Positions 22,969 to 32,592 of a stretch of 36,007 nucleotides of DNA are shown here, in pieces (the first letter of the stretch is position 1; each line of letters starts with the position of its first letter). The translations under genes and the position numbers were made by a program. Source of the DNA: an uncultured Nitrospiraceae bacterium (GTDB lineage Bacteria > Nitrospirota > Thermodesulfovibrionia > Thermodesulfovibrionales > UBA6898); contig CAWEQH010000007.1 of NCBI GenBank assembly GCA_963811165.1, positions 1 through 36,007 on the forward strand. Direction: 5' to 3'. The notes under the pieces are model-generated. The model saw only the letters and a program-made list of their open reading frames with translations. It searched no databases and was not told where the DNA came from.

Positions 22969-25224
22969 ATGAAAGTTTCGGATGTGCCTCAATTACTGAG
23001 AAAAACAGTTGTTCATCTCATCATAATATGTGTCTTGGGATTAATCGTTTATTCCAACACGGTTAAAGTCCCGTTCATGTTCGATGATGTTAGTCAGATC
23101 ATGGGCAACTCTGTTATAAAGAGCCTTGAGCCTTTAACCCCGGTCCCGAACAGGACTGAATACAATCTGCGCCGGTCTGTTGGCTACTTTTCATTCGCGT
23201 TGAATTACCGTATCGGAAAGCTGAATGTGACCGGCTACCATATTGTAAATCTCGCTATCCATCTTATAAATGGGATGCTGGTATATTTTCTGCTTTTGTT
23301 AACATTCCAGACGCCATTTTTCAGGAGTCGGCTATCGGCTATCAGCTATCATAAGAAGCCAGTTTTCAGAGGGCTGCGTGGTCAAATAGAAGAGTTGTCG
23401 AGTAAAGACCCAACTACTCAACAGCTTAACTGTTCATCTTCACGTCTCATGTCTCACGATTCACGATTTTTCGCTTTGATTGTGGCCCTTCTCTTTGTAA
23501 CCCACCCTGTCCAGACAATGGCTGTAACTTATATAGTGCAGAGATTCACCTCTCTTGCTACAATGTTTTATCTGTTTTCGGTGGTGACGTACATTAAGGG
23601 CAGACTTAAGCAGGAAGAGGCTGAAGATAAGGTTAAGAAATACTCAGCCTCTGTCTTGACCTGTTTTTTTCTCACTTTCCTGAGTGCGGTACTTGCTATG
23701 AAGACCAAGGAGAACGCGTTTACGCTCCCTGTCATGGTGCTGCTCTATGAGTTTACCTTTTTCAAATCTTCAATGAGAAGGGGACTTTTGTTACTCGTCC
23801 TTGCCACCCTGACTGTGGTGATCGTCGCCTTTAACATGATAGATTTAAGCAAGCCGGTCGGGGAAATTTTCTCTGCCCTGGATAAATTGACAAGGGCTCA
23901 GTCCATGCTTCCCAGATGGGACTACCTAATGACCCAGTTTCGGGTTATTGTTACGTATATCAGACTCCTTATACTGCCGGTAAATCAAAATGTCGATTAC
24001 TATTATCCGATTTACCATTCTTTTTTCGCGCTTCCGGTCTTCCTGTCCTTCCTCTTCCTCTCGGCACTCTTAGCTACAGCGGTATATCTGCTCTATAAAT
24101 CGCAAAAAGCAATCATTGGTCAGCAATCCAAGGAAGAAGGTCGGCAGAATGCAGCAGGCAGCTTAAGCCACTGATGGAAGAAAGCAAGCGGGAGGCGAGT
24201 GGCGAGGGGGAAAAGGATATTAAGCCTTCCGCGATTCACGATTCATGTTTTACCGTCTTATTGGCTTCGGCATCCTCTGGTTTTTCATCACGTTGTCTGT
24301 CGAGTCCCGGCATAATACCGCTAGCCGATGTGATATTCGAGCATAGAGTTTATCTGCCATCAGTAGGGGCTTTTATGGCTGTAACATCTGCAGTTTTACT
24401 GACATATAAAAGACTCGGCAATGATAGGATAAGGATGATCGCAATCGGGCTGCGCTTATCGTTTTGGTGTTTTTTTCCATGGCTACTATTTGCGGAATTC
24501 TGTATGGGAAAACAGCTTGAGCTTGTGGAGTGATGCCGTAAATAAGTTTCCCTTGAAAGCGCGGGTACATCATAATCTAGGCCTTGCGTATTTTGATGCG
24601 GGTATGCAGGATGAGGCTATCGAGCAGTATCAGATCGCCCTAAGAACTGGATCCCTACTTATGGGTACCTATAATAATTTGGGACTTGCTTTTTTTAAGA
24701 AGGGATTGCCGGATAAGGCGATAGAACAATTCAAGATTGCGCACAGCTTGCGTCCAAATGACGCGGCTGTTATTACCGGTCTGGCGGATGTCTACGCAGC
24801 CATGGGCCGAACCGATAATGCAATAGAACAATACCGTGCCGCAACCGCAGTGCAACCGGATTATGTTGATGCCTATGTTAATCTCGCTAAGGTCTATGTG
24901 AAGGCAGGGGCCCTAAATAAAGCGATTGAAGAATATCAGACAGTCTTGAAGTTGGATCCGGGAGATCCTGTCGTTCTTAATAATTTGGGTGGAATATATG
25001 GGGAACTTGGGATGGCTGACATGGCTGTGAAGCAATTGCAGTCAGCAATAAGATCGGACCCAGATTATGCGGACGCCCATTATAATCTCGCGCTTGCATA
25101 TAGGATGAAAGGGATGCTGGATCAGGCGATTGATGAGTTCCAGGCTGCAATAAGGCTGAACCCTACAGATTCGGGCATTCGGCGCGACCTGGCTGCCGCC
25201 TATGAGATGAGGAGAGGACGATAA
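22969..25224 (+). CDS. TMTC-like GT-C glycosyltransferase with a long TPR tail, copy 4 (different subfamily; frameshifted)
   Basis: PFMFDD, GYHIVNLAIHLIN, HPVQTMAVTYIVQR, KTKENAFTLP and FEHRVYLPS; about six TPRs in ORF 24490..25224. Confidence 0.85.
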
Positions 25225-25348
25225 AGAGAGACGCGGGAGAAGCGGCCCAATGACTCTGGAAAGATGCAATCTATTACAGGGGGAAAGGGATGACTCTGAA
25301 ACCTTTTCTGCGCAGTCAGAAAAGGCCGCCTGCATTTCTGGAGTCCTG

Positions 25349-26049
25349 TCAAATCCGGTGTGCCCCGGGGGATGTATTTCTCCCCCGGCCTCTTTGAAGT
25401 AATCCTCTATCTCGGCCCTTCCCCGAGGGATCGAGTCCATAAGAACCGATCCCGTATTCGAAGTTGTCTCCGGACTTACCGCGTTTTCTGGTGACCCTTG
25501 CGATCTCTCCCTCAGCGATGACTTGGTGCTGAAGGACAAAGGAGCAGCTTACCCTGCTGCCTTTTTGTATGACCCTGTTTGTTTCAAAGAGAAGACCTGA
25601 GGCACTGAGATTTTTGGCCACCGCAAAGAAAAAGCTGCCGGCTGATTAGTGATGGAAACTTTGACGATTTCTCTTACATTCCTTCTCTCATGGATATTGA
25701 GAAGCTCTTTGATCTTCGCTATAAGGTGTTTTGCGATGTTGCCTGATTTACGGACCACAGCGTTTCCACCGAAGGCGATGCATCTTTCCCGCCTCCACCT
25801 CCGTACAGTCGCAAACGACGATCCTCGAAACGGTCCGGAGGCGGTTTTCTTCTTATCAGGTAGCATAGTCTGTCCCCTCCCGACGCCGGAGTATCCAGGC
25901 CAACCATGATCAGGTCCCCAACGTTGGCCCGTGCGCAGAAAGGATCTCCTCGGTCGTCGGAAGCATACGAAATGACAATGTCATTTCAAAAGGACGCCGT
26001 CATCGGAGATAAAAGTCTTTAATGTCTCGGCAACGAGTATCTTTTTCAT
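25349..26049 (-). CDS. Degenerate receiver domain + PilZ domain protein (frameshifted)
   Basis: Starts MKKILVAE at 26049. PilZ motifs ERRNVR (RxxxR) and KNLSASG (D/NxSxxG), then AEGEIARV...YGI. The 3' end is approximate. Confidence 0.7.
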
Positions 26050-26179
26050 GCACTATGCACATTATGTATCAAGTCCGTAGGAAAGGATTATTTGTCTTTT
26101 TCTCTTGCGGGAAGAATGAAGGCCTTCTAACAGGTTTGTCCTTCCGGCGCGGGGCTGTGCTATAGTTAAGAAAAGGGAG

Positions 26180-26746
26180 GTGAGGGCCGTGTCTGAAAAA
26201 GAGAGACCGTTACCGCAGCCGTCAGAGTCGGCCTTTGGCCGGAAGGGGTGCCATGAGGAAAGAGAAGACCAAACGCTTATGGCCGACGAGATTGCCCGTG
26301 CCGCGGCCGAAGGCAGACTGGAGGACTTCCTCGGGAAAGAGGTGCCTGACAACGACTATGCCAGGTCACTCGTGTCGATGATGATGGGCATGACGGGGAT
26401 GGCGTCCGTCGTACAACCTCCTAATACCGCAGATGAACCGTCTTCCCCTGCTTCGGACGAAAACCCTTCCGGGGCGCCGCCGGAAGTAATTGAGGCGGTC
26501 AGGGAGGGAGATGTGGAGGGGCTTAAAGAGCTTCTTCAAAAGGAGTATGTCAAACGTTTTCCCGCGGAAGGGCAGGCCAAGACCGAAGAGGCGCCGACTG
26601 ACAAACCCGTGAAGTCTACGATCGAAAGGGACGTGATCGAAACCCTCGTAAAAATTGCTTCTGACAACGACGTATCCCTCGACTGGCTTACATTGCGTGC
26701 TCTCAGACTCTATGTGCAAGAATACCAAAAGACGGGGCGGCTTTAG
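26180..26746 (+). CDS. Hypothetical acidic protein, possible C-terminal ribbon-helix-helix-like segment
   Basis: Intact 188-aa ORF with RBS AGGGAG; the C-terminus reads STIERDVIETLVKIASDNDVSLDWLTLRALRLYV. Confidence 0.6.
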   Translation: MRAVSEKERPLPQPSESAFGRKGCHEEREDQTLMADEIARAAAEGRLEDFLGKEVPDNDYARSLVSMMMGMTGMASVVQPPNTADEPSSPASDENPSGAPPEVIEAVREGDVEGLKELLQKEYVKRFPAEGQAKTEEAPTDKPVKSTIERDVIETLVKIASDNDVSLDWLTLRALRLYVQEYQKTGRL

Positions 26747-27227
26747 GAGGGATCATACAAACCGGTAGCACCAAAAAAAACAGTTAACCGCAGAGGCCTG
26801 GGGTCGCAGGGGCCAGGGATTAGGATATGTCAATGGGTACCAGGGATAGTGAAGAGTGAATGTTAGCAGTTGTACAAGAGAACGGGCAATAGGCGAGGGG
26901 CTATTGGCAATAATAAAGAAAAGACAGGGTAGGTTATGGTCATGAACAACTGCCCTCGCATTGTCTTGAGCTGACTGCTGAGCGCCGACCGCTGGTTGCT
27001 TGAGATGTACATTGGGACCTGAATTAAATATAATAAACGAAGTATAATAATGAGTAGATATCAGTTTGAATGACCCCCTGAGGCAGCTTAATAATCCGGC
27101 AATTAAAAGCCTTAGGGCTGTTATTACGACTTATCCGAAATGACAAAAAATGAATGTACTTTCATACAAGAGAAGAAAGTGTTATCTGCTCCCTCTCCCG
27201 GTCAATACTATTAGAAGAGACTGAGAA

Positions 27228-28891
27228 ATGAAAAGGAAACTCGTCCTTGGACTCGGCCTAGTCGCGTGCGTATTCATTTTGGCTGGAATAATGATTGCTG
27301 CCAGCCTCTCCAAACTGCGTCTGGTGGCGGATCTGAAAGACCGACAGCAAAAGATAGTGACGAGTTACGACCGGATGCTATACCTTGTCAACGATGATCA
27401 AACCAATCTTTATGCTTTTGAGGCGGGATACGAAAGGGACCTGAGCCTGATCCGCAACAATGTGAGGGAAACCAAGTCCCTGCTGTCATCCATAAGGGAT
27501 GGCTATGACGCCTATTCAACGGGTACAACCTGCATGCATTGTCACTTTCGAATGAAAACTGCGGGGAGCGTGGAAATACTCGCAGATCTTGGTCACCACA
27601 AAAAAACGCTAAATTCCATTTATGATCGGATTGTCGGATATGATGAAATGATACTTCGCATCGCTCAGTTAGGAGGTGTCCAATCCGCACGGCCTCTTGT
27701 AAAAGCTGCCGCAAGGGACAGCGAAGAGATCGAAGACCTTATCTTGAACGTAAGGAACGCAATGGACAAGATGAACGAGAGCCTGGATAAATTGGCGCTG
27801 ACGGAGGTGCAGGCGCTCAATGTATGCGGTTGTGCTTGTAGTCGTCGCGAGTATTCTAATTTCCGCCATCATAGTCATACTGATGATACGGTCAATAACC
27901 GGACCAATGAACATGCTGGTCCATGGCATAGAAAAGGTATCTTCAGGGGACTACAGCTCCAAGGTGAGCATCCATTCAGATGACGAATTCGGGTTTTTGG
28001 CCGGCACTTTCAATAAGATGACCGACCGGCTGAACGAAGCGATAATGCAGAAAGATGCGCTTATGGAAGAGCTGAAGGATTTGAACAGCAGCCTCGACCA
28101 ACGCGTTCAGGAAGCGACGGCAGAGTTGAGGATCGCCCATGAGATGGTGCTCCGGAATGAAACTCTTTCCGCTGTAGGGACTTTTGCCTCCGGGGTGGCC
28201 CATGAGCTGGCAACTCCCATCGCCTCCATAATGACTTATTTCCAGATGGTGAAAGAAAGGGTCCCGAAAGAAGACAGGCTTGCGGATGACGTGCAGATAA
28301 TAGAGAAGGAGCTTAAGCGGTGCAACACGATCCTCAGAGGTATGCTCGATTTTGCGAGGGCCCCGGAAAAAGAAAAAACATTAACGAATATCAATGCGAT
28401 CGTCCATGATTTGCTGGCACTGGTGAGATACCAGCCGTCATATAAGAGGACAATAATGATAAAGGAAGATCTGGCCGCCGGCATACCCATGATTCCAGCG
28501 GTCGCCGGGCAGCTCAGGCAGGTCTTTATGAACATGATCGTTAACGCCCTTCAGTCAATGCCCGGCGGCGGGACCCTCTCTGTTTCTACCGGACTAGCCG
28601 AAGAAGGAAGGAAGGTCGTCGTCACCATATCCGACACTGGCCGCGGCATCCCTCAGAGTGAGCTGGACAGGATATTTCGGCCCTTTCTATACCGGCAGAG
28701 AGACAGGCACGGGCCTCGGACTCTCCATAAGTTTCGGTATCATAAAGGGCCATGGCGGAGATATAGAGGTGAAGAGTGAAGGAGGAAAAGGGACGACTTT
28801 TTTCATATATCTTCCGATATCGCCCGAAATGCCCTCCACGAGCGCGCCTGCTGCCTCAGAGAATGCGGAGTTCAAAGGGGCCGGGGGATGA
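27228..28891 (+). CDS. Membrane sensor histidine kinase with a periplasmic CxxCH, HAMP, HisKA and HATPase domains (frameshifted)
   Basis: TM1, CMHCH (27531..27545), TM2, HAMP (DDEFGFLAGTFNKM), H-box VAHELATP, N-box NALQSM, and G-boxes DTGRGI and GTGLGLSIS. Confidence 0.9.
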
Positions 28892-28910
28892 CGCCAAATG
28901 TTCTATTCTT

Positions 28911-29040
28911 GTCATTCCGGCTTGCCAGCCAGCCAGCAGGCAGATCCGGAATCCAACCCCCCTCTATCCCCCCTTATCAAGGGGGAAGGGACGTATACTC
29001 CCCTGATAAGGGGAGGCAAGGGGGTAAGTTCCGGAATGAC
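28911..29040. repeat. Composite nested palindromic element
   Basis: Ends GTCATTCCGG...CCGGAATGAC match the GIY-YIG cassette ends. They enclose a CCAGC/GCAGGCAG unit and a CCCCCTTATCAAGGGGG-type hairpin pair. Confidence 0.7.
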
Positions 29041-29056
29041 CATAAGATAGAAAGTT

Positions 29057-30469
29057 ATGAGAAAGAAACTGCTTATCGTAGACGACGATCAGGTCTTCTG
29101 TAGCGCCTTGCAAGGCGTTTTGAGGGAGAGTATGCGGTCACCGGTTTTTCGGACCCTGAAGAGGCAGCCGGGTTCATAAAGGGCAACCGAGTTGACGTGG
29201 TGCTCACAGATCTCAACATGCCGAAGATGGACGGGCTTGAGGTCCTGAGATGCCGTCAAATCAGGCTCCCCTGATACCGACGTGATCGTTATGACCGCCT
29301 ATGCGAATGTGGATTCCGCGGTGGAGGCGATGAAAAGGGGCGCATATGATTACATAGTAAAGCCCTTTACCACTGACGAATTGTCCCTTCAACTAAAAAA
29401 TCTCTTTGAAAAGAGGAGGTTATCGAGCGAGAACGTCGACCTCAGGAAGTTCATCGACCTGAAGTACAGGCCTGAAAATATCGTCGGCAGTAGCGCCGCG
29501 ATGAGGGAGAGTCCACCGGTTCATCGAGCGGGTCTCCCAGACAGACGTCCCGGTGCTGATCACGGGTGAAAGCGGAACCGGCAAAGAGCTTATCGCACGG
29601 GCGCTTCATTTTGCAGGCAAGAGAAAAGACCGCAGGTTCGTCTCTGTCCAATGCGGGCCGTCCCGCAGCAGCTCCTTGAAGACGAATTGTTCGGCAGCGA
29701 AACCGGACTCCCCGGAAACAAGAGGAAAGAAAGGGCCTTACGAGGCGATCGGCGCGGGGCACTCTTGTTCTGAGCGAAATAGGGGACATGGATATTTCCC
29801 TTCAGGCAAAATTGCTCGGGGCCCTCGAAAACAGGGACGTAAGAAAGGGGAACAAGGGCCTCAAAATGATGTCATGGTGGTGGCTACCACCAACAGAGAC
29901 CTTGCCAAACTGCAGCAAGAGGGCAAGTTCAGGCCCGACCTTTTTCACCGGCTCAATATGTTCAGTCTTAAGGGTCCCTTCTTTGAGGGAGAGGAAGGAG
30001 GACATCCCTCTCCTTGCGGACTATTTCCTGTCGCAGTACAAAAATGAATTCGGGAGGAAGGCGATGCGGCTTTCGCCGCCGGCGATCGAGGTTCTCCTTC
30101 GTTATGACTGGCCGGGGAATGTGAGGGAGCTGAAGAACCTCCTCGGCAAGATCTGTCTCCTCGAAGACGCTGATGTCATAAAGCCCGAACACCTCCTCGA
30201 CAGACTGCCGAAACCGCAGGAAGAGGCTTTGTCATTACCGGTCCCGGCCGCTCCCTGGGCGACGTCGAGAGGAACCTGATCATTGAAACGCTGAAGAGGG
30301 CAAGGGGAAACGTGTCGGTTGCTTCAAGACTCCTCAATATAAGCTATGAGACCCTCGATACAGGATGAAGAAGTTCGGCATCAAAAAAACTGCCTTCAGA
30401 CAAAATTCGATGAAGAAGAGAGGTCATGAGGGACAACGACCGAGTCTGCGGATTCGCGCCCATGAATAG
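29057..30469 (+). CDS. NtrC-family response regulator 1 with a degenerate AAA+ domain (frameshifted)
   Basis: Receiver [11 protein letters not shown]...TDLNMPKMDG and Walker [21 protein letters not shown] replaces GAFTGA and LSEI replaces Walker B LDEI. WPGNVREL and an HTH follow. The 3' end is approximate. Confidence 0.85.
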
Positions 30470-30481
30470 ACTTGAATTGAA

Positions 30482-30556
30482 AAATCTCCCCTCGCCCCTC
30501 TTTGCCAAAGAGGGGTATTGTCCCTCCCTTTGGAAAAGGGAGGGTGGGAGGGATTT
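30482..30556. repeat. Intergenic double-hairpin palindromic repeat
   Basis: CCCCTCTTTG-c-CAAAGAGGGG and CCCTCCCTTT-ggaa-AAGGGAGGG inside AAATC...GATTT ends. Confidence 0.7.
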
Positions 30557-30611
30557 CATGAAACATTCAGTTTTTATTTTAAGACTCTACTCTGTTTGGA
30601 AAAGGGCACTC

Positions 30612-31994
30612 ATGAAAGGGAAACTCCTTATCGTCGATGACGATCGGGTCTTCTGCAGCGCACTCGCAAGACATTTTGAGAGAGAATATGCGGTCACCGG
30701 TTTTTCGACCCCAAGGAAGCTGCGGCTTTCGTCCGTGCCAATCCGGTCGACGTAGTACTCACCGACCTGAGCATGCCGGAGATGGACGGGCTTGAGGTCC
30801 TTAAGACCGTAAAATCAGGCTCTCCCGATACCGACGTGATCGTAATGACCGCCTTTGCAAATGTGGATTCTGCGGTGGAGGCGATGAAAAGGGGCGCCTA
30901 TGATTACATAGTCAAGCCCTTTGCCGTTGATGAATTGTCCCTTCACCTGAAAAATCTATTTGAGAAGCGGAGACTCTTCGAGGAGAATATACACCTGAAG
31001 AAGTTCATCGATACAAAGTACAGGCCTGAAAACATCATCGGGGAAAGCGGGGCGATGAAGGAGGTTTACCGGTTTATCGAGCGCGTCTCCCAGACGGATG
31101 TCACGGTGCTTATCACGGGCGAAAGCGGCACCGGCAAAGAGCTTAGTTGCCCGGGCGCTGCACTTTTCCGGAAGCAGGAAGGACAAGCGGTTTGTCTCGA
31201 TCAACTGTTCCGCTATACCTGAGACCCTCCTCGAATCAGAGCTCTTCGGACATAAAAAAGGCGCATTCACAGGCGCCGGCAGCGACAAGAAGGGACTTTT
31301 TGAATATGCAAACGGCGGCACTATATTTCTCGACGAAATAGCAGACGCGCCTACTGGTCAATACAGGCAAAGCTTCTGAGGGTTCTTCAGGAGCGCATCT
31401 TCAGGCCGGTAGGGGGTTCCGAAGAAATCTCTGCAGATGTCAGGGTGATTTGCGCTACAAACAAGGACATTAGGGAAGAGATCAGGCAGAGCAGGTTCAG
31501 GGAGGACCTTTATTACAGGATCAACGTTGTGTCTGTCCACGTCCCACCGTTGAGGGAGCGAAGGGATGATATCCCCCTCCTCATAAACCGTTTTCTGGAT
31601 GGGAGAAAAAAAATACATCCCAAGGCAGTGACCATACTTTGCCAGTACAACTTTCCGGGTAACATCAGGGAATTAAAGAATTTTATGGACAGAATGGTAA
31701 CCTTCTCCGATTCCGACACGATAATGCCCGATGACCTCCCGCCTGAGGTCCTTAAGAATGGTTTACATTTTAGACGACGAAGGTCTGGCTTATAATGAGG
31801 CCAAAAGGAAGATAGTCGAGGAATTCAGCCGCGCAATCATCAACAGGTCCCTCCTGAAACACGACGGCAATGTCAGCAAGGCCGCTGAAGAATTAAAACT
31901 CGACAGGGCAAACTTTCAAAGACTTATGAGGAGATACCGGATCTCCTCTAAAGGGTTCAAGGGAAACTCGCTGCCGGAAAAGAGCGCTGACTAA
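30612..31994 (+). CDS. Sigma54-dependent NtrC-family response regulator 2 (frameshifted; canonical motifs)
   Basis: Receiver, [48 protein letters not shown] and a Fis-type HTH. Confidence 0.9.
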
Positions 31995-32401
31995 AAGGTC
32001 TGTGTATAAATGCTTTTAATTCGTCAAGCCCGAAGTCTTTAGTCGGGCATCCACTTAAGAAACATGTATCCCTGATCGACGAGTCGTAGACCTGCGCGGG
32101 AATGAAGTGATCTTACCCGCAGTCTGGTTTTTTCCCGGTCAAAACCCCATTCCGCAACCGGCACGATCGCCGGTAATTCTTATAACTATCAGTTAAAAAA
32201 TAATTTTATTATAATGCGTCATTAGTGACATGCTAAGTGGGAATTTAACCTGATCCGTGTCTTTGAGTGAGCTCGTCCGAAAATAGAATATAACTGCCCG
32301 AATTATCACTATGATTACCATGCGTTCCCGTTGTATCCCCTTTTTCTAAAGAAAGGCCAGGTTTTCTTCCCGAACCTAAAAAGTGATATTTAATTGTTTT
32401 A

Positions 32402-32437
32402 AATCAATAACTTATAAAACATGGTATGCCCCTTGCT
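32402..32437 (+). promoter_or_regulatory. IHF site plus sigma54 promoter of the octaheme cytochrome gene
   Basis: AATCAATAACTTA (exact WATCAANNNNTTR, 32402..32414) followed by TGGTATGCCCCTTGCT (GG-N10-GC, 32422..32437). Confidence 0.75.
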
Positions 32438-32592
32438 TTCGAAGAGGTACCCCCAATATTAGTTATGGCAGACATTTTAAGGAGGTGCAGCGAATAATAA
32501 TTTTTTGTCAACGAGTAATTCAGGCCAAGTGGTCTGAGCTATGAATACTGTAAGTAAAAGTAACTAAATCCTAACAAAAGGAGATTCGTAGC

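Noticed and set aside
30344..30755. Short ORFs 30344..30559 and the 5' part of 30426..30755 (also 28776..29103)
   Set aside because: They are translations of palindromic repeats. The real starts are 30612 and 29057.
32440..32592. Cyclic-dinucleotide (GEMM) riboswitch in cytochrome leaders (also 35661..35807)
   Set aside because: I could not find the two-hairpin GEMM consensus by eye. A covariance-model search would be needed to exclude it.
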